32,000 bases of DNA. It comes from Pseudidiomarina andamanensis. Its GTDB lineage: Bacteria; Pseudomonadota; Gammaproteobacteria; Enterobacterales; Alteromonadaceae. The notes below the pieces were generated by a model, which searched no databases, had not been told where the DNA came from, and saw nothing but the letters and a program-made list of their open reading frames with translations. This document shows, in pieces, positions 1 through 9,462 of this stretch. The stretch is taken from positions 1,500,001-1,532,000 of the forward strand of contig NZ_CP032551.1 of assembly GCF_009734345.1 (NCBI RefSeq), given 5' to 3'. Made by a program: the position numbers and the translations under genes. The stretch's first letter is position 1. The number at the start of each line of letters is the position of its first letter.

Positions 1-29
1 TACTCTAGCATGTCACAGGAGTTGAACAC

Positions 30-1382
30 ATGACCCGACATTATGATTATCTTGCCATTGGCGCCGGTAGCGGCGGCATTGCATCAGCTAACCGAGCAGC
101 AATTCGCGGTGCTAAAGCAGCCGTTATCGAAGCCAAAGCGGTGGGCGGAACTTGTGTTAACGTTGGTTGCGTTCCGAAAAAGGTCATGTGGTATGGCGCA
201 CATATTGCCGAAGCCATTAAATATAGCTCGGCTTACGGCTTTGATATTGAACAAAAAGGTTTTGATTGGAGCACCTTAGTCAAAAACCGCGAGGCTTACA
301 TTGAACGCATTCACGGCGGTTACAAACGTGGTTTTGAGAGCAACGGCGTGGAATATATCGAAGGCTTTGCGCGCTTTGTAGACTCACGCACCGTTGAAGT
401 CAACGGCGAGCGTATTACCGCCGACCATATTACCATCGCGGTTGGCGGCCGAGCCATTATTCCTGACGTGCCGGGTGCCGAATATGGTATCGATTCAGAT
501 GGCTTCTTTGCCTTAAACGAGCGTCCTAACAAAGCGGTTGTTATTGGCGCCGGTTACATTGCTGTAGAAATTGCTGGCGTGTTGCATGCACTGGGCACTG
601 ACGCGCATTTATTGGTGCGTGGTGACCGACCATTGCGTTACTTTGATCACGATATTACCAATGCCTTACTTGAGCGTCTCAAACAAGACGGTCCGCAGCT
701 TCATACCGGTTGTGTTGTTGAGCGTGTCGAAAAGAATGACGATGGTTTACTTACTATTCATTGTGATAATGGTGAATCCATTGAAGGCGTCGATTGCTTA
801 GTTTGGGCGATTGGTCGTGAACCAGCTACCGATAAAATCAACCTCGAAGCGGCCGGCGTGACCGCCGATGCCCATGGGTTTATTCGTACCGACAAGTATC
901 AAAACACCAATGTCAAAGGTATTTATGCGGTGGGCGATATTACTGGTGAAGCACAGCTCACGCCGGTAGCTATTAAGGCAGGTCGCCTGTTAGCAGAGCG
1001 CTTGTTTAATAAAGATATGCCAGATGCACACATGGATTACAGCCAAATTCCTACCATCGTGTTTAGCCATCCAACCATTGGTACCGTTGGCTTAACCGAA
1101 GCCGAAGCTCGCGAAGTGCATGGTGATAACGTGACGGTATATCGTTCGCAGTTTGCAGCGATGTACAATGCCGTCACCCCACACCGCGCGTTGAGTACTT
1201 TCAAGCTCGTTTGCGTTGGCCCTGAAGAGCGTGTGATTGGTCTACACGGTATCGGCGAAGGCATGGATGAAATTCTACAAGGCTTTGCCGTCGCTATGAA
1301 GATGGGCGCAACCAAAGCCGATTTCGATGCCACGGTTGCACTTCATCCAACCAGCGCTGAAGAGTTTGTGACGCTACGCTAA
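30..1382 (+). CDS. gor: Glutathione-disulfide reductase
   Basis: 450-aa ORF with FAD fold 'AIGAGSGG', redox-active disulfide '[13 protein letters not shown]' and C-terminal '[12 protein letters not shown]' region. AGGAG lies about 8 nt upstream of the ATG. Confidence 0.95.
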   Translation: MTRHYDYLAIGAGSGGIASANRAAIRGAKAAVIEAKAVGGTCVNVGCVPKKVMWYGAHIAEAIKYSSAYGFDIEQKGFDWSTLVKNREAYIERIHGGYKRGFESNGVEYIEGFARFVDSRTVEVNGERITADHITIAVGGRAIIPDVPGAEYGIDSDGFFALNERPNKAVVIGAGYIAVEIAGVLHALGTDAHLLVRGDRPLRYFDHDITNALLERLKQDGPQLHTGCVVERVEKNDDGLLTIHCDNGESIEGVDCLVWAIGREPATDKINLEAAGVTADAHGFIRTDKYQNTNVKGIYAVGDITGEAQLTPVAIKAGRLLAERLFNKDMPDAHMDYSQIPTIVFSHPTIGTVGLTEAEAREVHGDNVTVYRSQFAAMYNAVTPHRALSTFKLVCVGPEERVIGLHGIGEGMDEILQGFAVAMKMGATKADFDATVALHPTSAEEFVTLR

Positions 1383-2053
1383 CCTTTTACATCAATCGTC
1401 ATGGACAAAATACGAGACAGATGGCTGTATGGCAGCCCTGTCTCGTTATGCCACTGATTAAACGTATCTTGAATTTGCTTTGCGCCGCGACGGCTATATG
1501 GCGACGCATCGAGCAATTTGTGATTCCGCAACGCCGTTAGGTTATCTGGAGTTAGTAAATACCCATCCCACCCAAGACGTCGAAGTACGTGCTGTGCAGC
1601 CGTGCCACCTAAGCGAGCGCCATGCTTTTTAAAGAACCGCAAAAGCTCAGCTTGTTCTGCTGACGGCCATTGCGCCAAAAATTTCCCAAAACTACCGTGC
1701 TGCTCAGTAACTTCAACAATCATGCGAGCATTTACCGGAACCGTCGCAATTTTTTGTAGATTGCGCACAATACGTTCGTCACGCGCCAGCTCATCAATTC
1801 GCTCTGGTGGCACTTGTTGCCAGTACAGTGGTAAAAATCCAGCAAAAGCCGCTTCAAACCCGGCCCATTTATTTTCAATAACACGCCACGCGAAACCGGC
1901 ACGAAACACACAGCGGGTCATTTCAGCAAGCACCTGGTTATCAGAGATTTCCAAAAGTTCAGCTTTCGTTGCCAGCTTTGGCATGCGCTGTTTAACCGCT
2001 TGTTCACCGCCATGACGTTTCATCGCGCGTTCATAGAAATAATCAAATTTCAT
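1379..2053 (-). CDS. Tag-family (DNA-3-methyladenine glycosylase I-like) protein, divergent
   Basis: 224-aa ORF. The core '[24 protein letters not shown] ... [11 protein letters not shown] ... NARMI' matches the helix-hairpin-helix core of E. coli Tag ('QQAGLSWITVLKKRENYRACF ... IIRHRGKIQAIIGNARAY'). It lies 17 nt downstream of the DUF3300 gene on the same strand. The Tag zinc-ligand cysteines are not visible. Confidence 0.7.
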   Translation of the reverse strand: MKFDYFYERAMKRHGGEQAVKQRMPKLATKAELLEISDNQVLAEMTRCVFRAGFAWRVIENKWAGFEAAFAGFLPLYWQQVPPERIDELARDERIVRNLQKIATVPVNARMIVEVTEQHGSFGKFLAQWPSAEQAELLRFFKKHGARLGGTAAQHVLRRLGWDGYLLTPDNLTALRNHKLLDASPYSRRGAKQIQDTFNQWHNETGLPYSHLSRILSMTIDVKG

Positions 2054-2070
2054 TGTTCCGCTAGGTATCC

Positions 2071-3510
2071 TTAATAATCCTGCATGCGGTTATGCTTAGC
2101 TCGATTGTTTGAGTTTGCCGGCCGGTTGACCTGACCACGCGGCGTAGCTTTCACCGGTTTATCATAACGCTGCGCGCTTTTCACTGCCGCACGAGGCTGT
2201 TGATAGCTGGGCTTCGGCGTTGCCCGCGGCGTCACTCTCACAGTCGGTTGACTCAACTGAGATTGTTTCGGCGTTCGCATGTATGGCTCACGTACGTCTC
2301 GATTTTTCACCTTAGGTTGAATGCGAACATTTCGTTCACGTGCCACTGAGTCACCCCACTGAGGCGATTTATTGCGTGGTGTCACCTTCACTTCAGGTCG
2401 CGATTTCGCCGCCACATGCGCGGGTTTTCTATCGCGCAACGTACGCACAATGCGGTCTTGTTCTGGACGTTTATTGCGCTGGGCAACAACATTTCGAGTA
2501 GTAACCTGCGGTTGCGCCGATTGTGTACGCGGTGACGTCATTACACGCTGATTATTCAGAGCTCGCTGCGACACTTGAGGTCTGACAATTTCATCACGAC
2601 CGAATTTACCACCGCTGACCATATAGTATTTCGGGCGCTCCGGCTGCAGATCACGATGGCGATAATCAACCCCACGGCGATGGCGTGGGTTGTGATACCA
2701 GCGTTTGCTATCTTTGCCCGTCATATAATAATCACGACGTTTTTTCGGCGGCTCACGATAATAATGATGATTGATCACCACATAACGTTGCGGCCAATAG
2801 AAGTGACTAAAATAATAACGGCTTGGTATCGAGTAACTAATACCCCAGTAAATTCCTGAGCCAATACTCACAGTGAGTGTTGGGCGCGACCAGAAAACTG
2901 GCTGGTAATCATGCCAGCGCCACGAGCCATACACCACACGTGGGTCATAGTAAGGTACATAAACCACTTCACGACGAACGTTTTCGATCACGATGGTGCG
3001 ATCTTCACGGGCAACATTGACGTGCTCATTGGAGCGCAAATTACCTGCTACATATGCGTCATCACGCAGCACTTGCACGCGTTCTAGCACCTCATCTTGC
3101 TGTGCCAGAAATGCCTCGCCGACAGCTTGTGTCCACTGCAAATCATCGCTCATTTGTTTCAGCACTTCAGGTGTACCGACAAGAGCTTTCACACTTGCAT
3201 CCCACGTTTCGCCAGCGGCACGCTCTAAAGCCTGCTGTGGAGATAAATGCTCATGGCGACGCACCCAGCGCTCCGCTTCAACCACTTCCAATGGATACGT
3301 TGCGGCAATAAGTACATGCGACAGTAGGCTGTCGGGATACAGCGCAATTGGGGCAAGCAGCCGATCTAATTCAGCTTTCGAATAATAGACAACTTGCTGT
3401 TGTGACGTTTCAGCCTGGGCTACTTGAGGTGCAATAGCGAGTCCGGTGACTCCCATTGCACACAACATTGCGACAGCACTGAAACCACGCTTAAATTGGT
3501 GAATCTGCAT
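2071..3510 (-). CDS. DUF3300 domain exported protein with long basic C-terminal tail
   Basis: Hallmark 'LLAPIALYPDSLLSHVLIAATYPLEVVEAERW' follows a signal peptide ('AVAMLCAMGVTGLAIAPQVAQA'). Start placed at ATG 3510 because GGAGG lies 8 nt upstream; the track start at 3525 is a TTG inside that SD. Confidence 0.8.
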   Translation of the reverse strand: MQIHQFKRGFSAVAMLCAMGVTGLAIAPQVAQAETSQQQVVYYSKAELDRLLAPIALYPDSLLSHVLIAATYPLEVVEAERWVRRHEHLSPQQALERAAGETWDASVKALVGTPEVLKQMSDDLQWTQAVGEAFLAQQDEVLERVQVLRDDAYVAGNLRSNEHVNVAREDRTIVIENVRREVVYVPYYDPRVVYGSWRWHDYQPVFWSRPTLTVSIGSGIYWGISYSIPSRYYFSHFYWPQRYVVINHHYYREPPKKRRDYYMTGKDSKRWYHNPRHRRGVDYRHRDLQPERPKYYMVSGGKFGRDEIVRPQVSQRALNNQRVMTSPRTQSAQPQVTTRNVVAQRNKRPEQDRIVRTLRDRKPAHVAAKSRPEVKVTPRNKSPQWGDSVARERNVRIQPKVKNRDVREPYMRTPKQSQLSQPTVRVTPRATPKPSYQQPRAAVKSAQRYDKPVKATPRGQVNRPANSNNRAKHNRMQDY

Positions 3511-3630
3511 TGTAAATGCCTCCAAACGGCAGATAGCGGAAAGCTATCAGTTACTAGTTTAGTCGCAATTCTGAGCAATTTAGTTTCATCTAAACAATTA
3601 TTTTTTGTAAAGATTAGGTTAACCAGTTGA

Positions 3631-4983
3631 TTATACAAGGCCTTGCTCTAACATCGCATCCGCAACTCGCTTAAATCCGGCGATGTTTGCTCCGAGCACT
3701 AAATTTCGTGGCTTTCCGTACTCTTCAGCGGTGTGGGAAATATCGCGATAAATATTCTTCATGACTTGCTTTAAACGCTCGTCCACTTGTTCAAACGTCC
3801 AGCGTTGCATACTGGCGTTTTGCGCCATTTCTAGCTGACTGGTCGCGACACCGCCGGCGTTAGCGGCTTTACCCGGTCCGTAGGCGATTGAACTTTGTTG
3901 CACCGTATCGAAAGCAGCTTCGGTCAGCGGCATATTCGCACCTTCGGCGATGCCTAAACAGCCATTTTCTAATAAGCATTCAATATCGTTTTGCGTTACT
4001 TCATTCTGCGTCGCGCATGGAAAGGCTAAATCAACTTCATAGCGCCAAACTTGATGACCATTCTCAGGATAGTCTTCGCGTGGCGTGTATTCGGCGTCAG
4101 AGTGCGTTTCTAAGTATTTTTCTAAACGGGCATGTTGCTGCTCTTTCAAGCGTTTTACTAAGTCGAGATCAATACCGGCTTGATGATAAATTGTGCCTGA
4201 TGAATCACTGCACGTGACTGGCTTCGCACCAAGTTCATAGAGCTTTTCCATGGTATAAATGGCGACGTTGCCTGAACCAGATACAGCGCAACGCTTTCCT
4301 TCAAGTTCCTCATCGCGGTCCGCCATCATGTAATTGGCAAAATAAACACAACCAAATCCGGTTGCCTCTTTGCGCACCAGTGAGCCGCCCCAAGCCAGAC
4401 CTTTTCCGGTTAATACACCATCAAAGGTATTCGCAAGACGTTTATATTGCCCAAACAAATAGCCAAGCTCGCGGGTGCCAACGCCAATATCACCTGCCGG
4501 AACGTCCGTTCTTGGGCCTATATGTCGAAATAGTTCGGACATGAACGATTGACAAAATCGCATGATCTCAGCATCTGATTTCCCTTTCGGGTCAAAATTA
4601 GCGCCCCCTTTACCACCACCGATGGGTAAACCAGTTAGCGCATTTTTAAAGATTTGCTCAAAGCCAAGAAACTTAATAATCGAACCATTAACACTGGGGT
4701 GAAAGCGCAACCCCCCTTTGTAAGGTCCCAATGCAGAATTAAATTCTACTCGGTACCCTTTATTCACGTGTACTTGGCCATTATCGTCAAGCCACGGTAC
4801 CCGAAACATAATTTGACGTTCCGGTTCAACAAGACGGGCAATGATGGCTTGTTCACGATACTTTGGATGCTGCTCTAGAATTGGCTCTAAACTCTCGAGT
4901 ACATCTTCTACGGCTTGATAGAACTCGGTTTGCGCTGGGCTAGTCTGTTGCAATTGTTCAATGGTATCGTGAATATATGTCAT
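3631..4983 (-). CDS. gdhA: NADP-specific glutamate dehydrogenase
   Basis: 450-aa ORF with catalytic-Lys region 'LPIGGGKGGANFDPKGKSD', dinucleotide fold 'VSGSGNVA', and length and N-terminus typical of GdhA. AAGGA RBS lies 7 nt upstream. Confidence 0.95.
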   Translation of the reverse strand: MTYIHDTIEQLQQTSPAQTEFYQAVEDVLESLEPILEQHPKYREQAIIARLVEPERQIMFRVPWLDDNGQVHVNKGYRVEFNSALGPYKGGLRFHPSVNGSIIKFLGFEQIFKNALTGLPIGGGKGGANFDPKGKSDAEIMRFCQSFMSELFRHIGPRTDVPAGDIGVGTRELGYLFGQYKRLANTFDGVLTGKGLAWGGSLVRKEATGFGCVYFANYMMADRDEELEGKRCAVSGSGNVAIYTMEKLYELGAKPVTCSDSSGTIYHQAGIDLDLVKRLKEQQHARLEKYLETHSDAEYTPREDYPENGHQVWRYEVDLAFPCATQNEVTQNDIECLLENGCLGIAEGANMPLTEAAFDTVQQSSIAYGPGKAANAGGVATSQLEMAQNASMQRWTFEQVDERLKQVMKNIYRDISHTAEEYGKPRNLVLGANIAGFKRVADAMLEQGLV

Positions 4984-5106
4984 ACACGGGTCCTTTTTTG
5001 TGCATTAAAAGTGTTATTAACATTAGTCTCTTAGAACGGCTAAAAAAAGGAAAAAGCTCATAATTAAGACAATTCATTCAATCAATAACTAGCAATTAGG
5101 CATTAA

Positions 5107-5547
5107 ATGACTACTTCATACTCGATAAAATTCAAACGCGTTTATGACGAAGCAGAGGATAGCGATGGTATTCGCATATTGGTTGACCGACTATGGCCGC
5201 GTGGGGTAAAGAAAGAAGCGCTATCGCATCATGACTGGTGCAAAGAAGCTTGCCCTTCGAATGAACTACGCAAAGCGTATCACGCAAACAAAATTGAGTT
5301 TGAAACCTTTGCTAAGCGTTATTTCGACGAGCTCAGTGCTAACCCGAATAACTTAACGCCACTCCTTCGCTATGCTCGACAATCTCAAGTAACGTTGCTA
5401 AGTGCGGTAAAGTCATTTGAACATTCCCACCTTCCAGTGCTAAAACATGCCATTATTGAGGCACTCAAATTAGAAGACCAAGAAGCCGATGGCAACAACC
5501 TGAGCTCGCCGGTGTGCTTTGGTAAAGATTTCAACTATTGGGGATAA
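5107..5547 (+). CDS. DUF488 (YeaO-like) family protein
   Basis: 146-aa ORF. 'KRVYD...DGIRILVDRLWPRGVKKE' and 'W.KE.CPSNELRKAYH' resemble the DUF488/YeaO signature as I remember it. Confidence 0.7.
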   Translation: MTTSYSIKFKRVYDEAEDSDGIRILVDRLWPRGVKKEALSHHDWCKEACPSNELRKAYHANKIEFETFAKRYFDELSANPNNLTPLLRYARQSQVTLLSAVKSFEHSHLPVLKHAIIEALKLEDQEADGNNLSSPVCFGKDFNYWG

Positions 5548-5549
5548 CC

Positions 5550-6245
5550 GTGACAACAGATTTTATTGAAGTTTATGACGACGCTTTGCCTGCCAAGTTT
5601 TGTGAGCACTTTATTCAACGCTTCGAGCAAAGCCCGCATAAGCAGCAAGGCCGCACCGGTGGTGGTATTGATACCGACAAAAAGAAAAGCGAAGACCTCT
5701 ATCTCAATCAATACCCAGACTATGCCGATGACCTACGCACAATATGTGATATTACGACGCGATACGCGTTAGAGTATTTCAAAAAATATCACTTTGCGCT
5801 GATTGCCCCGGTAGCCCTGAAGGTTAAGCACCCAAAAACTGGCGAACCGGTGAATCTAACTCATGAAAACTTCGATGAAGTGGTTGCTGGAAATGAACAA
5901 GCGTACATGCAGTTACTTTACCGACTGGGCCCTATTCAAGCGCAGAAATACTTAAAAAACCAAGGCAATTATAATTACTGGCACTGTGAAGTGTTTCCAG
6001 AGAAGAACAGTGTCGAGGCATTACATCGTAGTTTATTGTTCATGTTTTATTTAAACGATGTGGATGAGGGCGGCACCACTGATTTTTATTATCAACAGCG
6101 CAGCATTAAGCCCAAGCGCGGGCGTATGGTGATAGCACCCGGCTATTTCACTCACACCCATCGCGGGACGGTACCGGTATCGAATGATAAATACATTCTT
6201 ACCAGCTGGATTCTCATGAACTCAGGTAAACAGCTATTCGGGTGA
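5550..6245 (+). CDS. 2OG-Fe(II) oxygenase superfamily protein (prolyl-4-hydroxylase-like fold)
   Basis: 'LFMFYLNDVDEGGTTDFYYQ..IKPKRGRMVIAPGYFTHTHRG..V...KYILTSW' matches the double-stranded beta-helix core of P4H-type 2OG oxygenases. The candidate proximal motif is 'WHCE'. A GTG at 5550 lies 2 nt after the upstream stop, with GGGGA upstream; the alternative TTG at 5538 would overlap the upstream gene by 10 nt. Confidence 0.6.
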   Translation: MTTDFIEVYDDALPAKFCEHFIQRFEQSPHKQQGRTGGGIDTDKKKSEDLYLNQYPDYADDLRTICDITTRYALEYFKKYHFALIAPVALKVKHPKTGEPVNLTHENFDEVVAGNEQAYMQLLYRLGPIQAQKYLKNQGNYNYWHCEVFPEKNSVEALHRSLLFMFYLNDVDEGGTTDFYYQQRSIKPKRGRMVIAPGYFTHTHRGTVPVSNDKYILTSWILMNSGKQLFG

Positions 6246-6683
6246 TTTCAACACTTGACCAGCGTCATCTAGCACCGTGACGTCAACATGGATGCCATTA
6301 CGGACACTTTGTGTGACGACACAGAAGTTTTCAAATTGCTCGAGTACCCGGTCTAGCTTGTCAATTTGATCGGCCGCTTGCCCAAGGTTTAATTCAACTT
6401 GCATGGCACTAATGCGCAAGCGGCCATCTATGCGTTCCATATCACCTTGAACCTTCGCCGTGACTTTACCTGGGTCACCTTTGAATTTGCGAATAGCGAA
6501 CATTAAACTCGCCGCCAAACAATTTGCAACGGCCGCCGCTAACAGCTGGCTCGGTCCTGGCCCCTCGCCGTGACCTACTGGTTCGTGTTCGTCGGTAATG
6601 ATTTGCCCAAACTCACCAAAATCGACTTCAAACTTATAGTTATCAATCAACGCAAGTTTTACTTCGAATGCCGGATTTTCCAT
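6234..6683 (-). CDS. OsmC/Ohr family peroxiredoxin-like protein
   Basis: 'GPGPSQLLAAAVANCLAASLMFAIRKF' is typical of the OsmC family. Start moved to ATG 6683 (GGAGG 5 nt upstream, 149 aa), which restores a 71-nt divergent promoter region toward maeA. Confidence 0.8.
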   Translation of the reverse strand: MENPAFEVKLALIDNYKFEVDFGEFGQIITDEHEPVGHGEGPGPSQLLAAAVANCLAASLMFAIRKFKGDPGKVTAKVQGDMERIDGRLRISAMQVELNLGQAADQIDKLDRVLEQFENFCVVTQSVRNGIHVDVTVLDDAGQVLKSPE

Positions 6684-6754
6684 GTGTTCCTCCAGTTTTT
6701 CTGCAATAATTACCGATTCAATCATGTCATCACGTCGCGCGAGGAGAATGATTC

Positions 6755-8434
6755 ATGAAGAATCCGCTGTATATTCCTTATGCAGGCCCTAATTTGCTTG
6801 AAACGCCGCTATTAAACAAAGGTAGCGCGTTCACCCGAGAAGAGCGAGCTGCGTTTAACCTAACCGGCTTATTACCGCCTCGGTACGAAACCATTGAAGA
6901 GCAGGTTAAGCGCTGTTACATGCAGTATTCAAGTTTTGACACTGCAATTAATAAACATATTTATTTGCGTGCGATTCAAGATAATAACGAGACCTTGTTC
7001 TACCGTCTGCTGCAGCAACATCTTGAAGAGATGATGCCGATTATCTATACCCCAACTGTAGGCGATGCGTGCGAACAATTCTCTGATATTTATCGCAGTT
7101 CTCGTGGATTATTTATTTCTTACGATGACCGTGAGCAAATGGAAGATATTCTGCGTAATGCCACGAAGCGTAAAGTCAAAGTGATCGTCGTGACCGATGG
7201 TGAGCGCATTCTTGGTCTTGGTGACCAAGGTATCGGAGGTATGGGCATTCCGATTGGTAAATTAAGCTTATATACAGCGTGCGGCGGTATCAGCCCAGCC
7301 TATACCTTGCCTGTATGTTTAGACGTTGGTACCAACAACGAAAAACTATTGAACGACCCGATGTACATGGGTGCACGTCATAAGCGTATTGATCAAAGTG
7401 AATATAATGCGTTTGTTGATCGGTTTATGCAGGCGGCACGCCGTCGTTGGCCAGAAGCCATGATTCAGTTTGAAGATTTCGCGCAACCGAATGCCATGCC
7501 GCTGCTACGGAAATATCGTGATGACTACTGCTGCTTTAATGACGATATTCAGGGCACAGCAGCTGTCACTGTTGGTACGCTGTTAGCCGCTTGTCGTAGC
7601 AAAGGTGTGCAATTAAAAGATCAAAAAGTTGCCTTTGTTGGTGCTGGTTCAGCTGGCTGCGGTATTGCTGAGCAGATCATTCAGCAAATGGTGGCCGAAG
7701 GGCTAACCGACGAGCAAGCGCGCCGTAATATTTACATGGTCGATCGGTTTGGCTTGCTAACCGAAGGCATGAGCGATTTGCGTGACTTCCAACAAGCGCT
7801 AGCGCAGCCACTAGAAAACCTTGCTGATTGGCAACACAGTGGCGATTATGCATCGCTACTTGATGTGATGCACTGCGCCAAGCCAGGTATTTTAATTGGG
7901 GTTTCAGGTCAACCGGGATTGTTCACGGAGCAGGTCATTCGCGCCATGCACCAGTATACCGAAAAACCAATCATCTTCCCGCTTTCAAACCCTTCGCGCC
8001 AAATCGAAGCACACCCCGCGCACGTGATTGAGTGGACGGACGGTGAGGCGATTATTGCCACGGGAAGCCCTTTCGATGCAGTAAAATTCAAAGGTATCGA
8101 TTATCCGATTGCGCAATGCAACAACAGCTATATTTTCCCTGGTATTGGTTTGGGTGTTATTGCTGTGAAAGCGCGAATTATCTCAGATGAGATGCTGATG
8201 GCGGCGAGTAACACACTTGCTGACGAGTCACCGCGCGTACGCGGTGAGGGCGACAGTTTATTACCTGGTATTACGCACATTGCCGAGTTGAGTAAAAAAA
8301 TCGCATTTAACGTCGGTAAAGTTGCTCAACAACAGGGCCTGGCCCTTGAGGTGAGTGACGAAACTCTGCGTGAGCGTATTGAAGCTAATTTCTGGCACCC
8401 AGAATATCGTCGCTATAAGCGTGTTAGCATTTAG
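6755..8434 (+). CDS. maeA: NAD-dependent malic enzyme
   Basis: 559-aa ORF with '[35 protein letters not shown]', '[25 protein letters not shown]' and '[12 protein letters not shown]'. GAGGAG lies 8 nt upstream. Confidence 0.95.
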   Translation: MKNPLYIPYAGPNLLETPLLNKGSAFTREERAAFNLTGLLPPRYETIEEQVKRCYMQYSSFDTAINKHIYLRAIQDNNETLFYRLLQQHLEEMMPIIYTPTVGDACEQFSDIYRSSRGLFISYDDREQMEDILRNATKRKVKVIVVTDGERILGLGDQGIGGMGIPIGKLSLYTACGGISPAYTLPVCLDVGTNNEKLLNDPMYMGARHKRIDQSEYNAFVDRFMQAARRRWPEAMIQFEDFAQPNAMPLLRKYRDDYCCFNDDIQGTAAVTVGTLLAACRSKGVQLKDQKVAFVGAGSAGCGIAEQIIQQMVAEGLTDEQARRNIYMVDRFGLLTEGMSDLRDFQQALAQPLENLADWQHSGDYASLLDVMHCAKPGILIGVSGQPGLFTEQVIRAMHQYTEKPIIFPLSNPSRQIEAHPAHVIEWTDGEAIIATGSPFDAVKFKGIDYPIAQCNNSYIFPGIGLGVIAVKARIISDEMLMAASNTLADESPRVRGEGDSLLPGITHIAELSKKIAFNVGKVAQQQGLALEVSDETLRERIEANFWHPEYRRYKRVSI

Positions 8435-8500
8435 TCAAAGCAACTAGCGATTCGACCTATTTCCTTGTATGTTCAATACATAGCCATACGAGGAGGTCGA

Positions 8501-9460
8501 ATGCGCTGGGGGATTATAGGCCTGCTACTGCTACTGGTATCACCTTTAGCTCATGGCCAATCAAAAGAAACGGACAAGCCCACCGAGGACGAAAAAGCTG
8601 CGATCGACTCGTTCCGGGAGGGCTTAACAAGCTCAGTGAATGCCACTGCGGCTTGGCTCGACTCGTTTTTCGCCGATGATATTGATCCCGACGCCTACGA
8701 TACAGCCTCAGGCAGCCTGAGAATTACGCCAGAGTGGGACGAGTACGATGGCTTTCGGCTCGACTCGAGCTTCCGCGCAACCGTTGTCTTTCCGCATGCC
8801 GAAAGAAAGTTCTCTGCAATCATTGGTCGTGGCGATTTCGATGACTTTATCAACGATACCCAACAATCTCGTCCGTCCGTTATTCGACGCGATCAGTCTG
8901 ACGAAGAGTGGATGCTTGGTCTCGGTTTTGATCCGCAAGTCAGTAACAAACATAGCCTTTCATTTGGCGCAGGCATTCGTGGCGGGTTGGCCCTGGACCC
9001 TTACCTTCGAGCTCGATACAAATACGAGTCGATAATCGGTGAAAATGTTGAATTTTTCACCCAAAGTGTTGCATTTTGGCGCGATAGTGATGGGTTTGGT
9101 GTGGCGCAAACCTTTGAATTTGATGCGGCGCTTTCTGATCAGTGGTTTTCAAAAAGTTGGATAAAGGGAACGTTTGCTGAACGTACGGAAGGAGTTCGCT
9201 GGCATGCGTCACAAAAGCTTTATTATATGTACCATTTTGAGCGAGCCATTGCTGGCGAAGTGTGGTGGTATGGTGAAACCGAACTTGATGTGCCCATGCA
9301 AGATTATGGTGTGCGGGCATTACACCGCAGCCGGTTTAAGCGAGAATGGCTTTTTTTGGAAGGCTGGGTCGGCTTGCATTGGCCACGAGAAACATTCGAC
9401 GAACAACGCAAGCCCAGATGGATGGTTGGTTTAGAAATTGAATTACTCTTTGGCGAGTAG
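8501..9460 (+). CDS. Exported hypothetical protein, possibly an outer-membrane beta-barrel
   Basis: The ATG at 8501 is preceded by AGGAGG (8491-8496) and gives a signal peptide 'MRWGIIGLLLLLVSPLAHG'. The mature part is rich in alternating aromatic/polar strands ('GFGVAQTFEFDAAL', 'WMVGLEIELLF'). No family recognised. The C-terminus (..LFGE) is not a classical OMP terminal Phe. Confidence 0.55.
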   Translation: MRWGIIGLLLLLVSPLAHGQSKETDKPTEDEKAAIDSFREGLTSSVNATAAWLDSFFADDIDPDAYDTASGSLRITPEWDEYDGFRLDSSFRATVVFPHAERKFSAIIGRGDFDDFINDTQQSRPSVIRRDQSDEEWMLGLGFDPQVSNKHSLSFGAGIRGGLALDPYLRARYKYESIIGENVEFFTQSVAFWRDSDGFGVAQTFEFDAALSDQWFSKSWIKGTFAERTEGVRWHASQKLYYMYHFERAIAGEVWWYGETELDVPMQDYGVRALHRSRFKREWLFLEGWVGLHWPRETFDEQRKPRWMVGLEIELLFGE

Positions 9461-9462
9461 CT

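Noticed and set aside
5550-6245. The 2OG-Fe(II) oxygenase was considered as an AlkB-type DNA demethylase, which would form an alkylation-repair theme with the Tag-like gene and ogt.
   Set aside because: There is no AlkB-like HxD...H...RxNxTxR signature. The core resembles P4H-type oxygenases instead, and the repair genes are scattered and separately transcribed.
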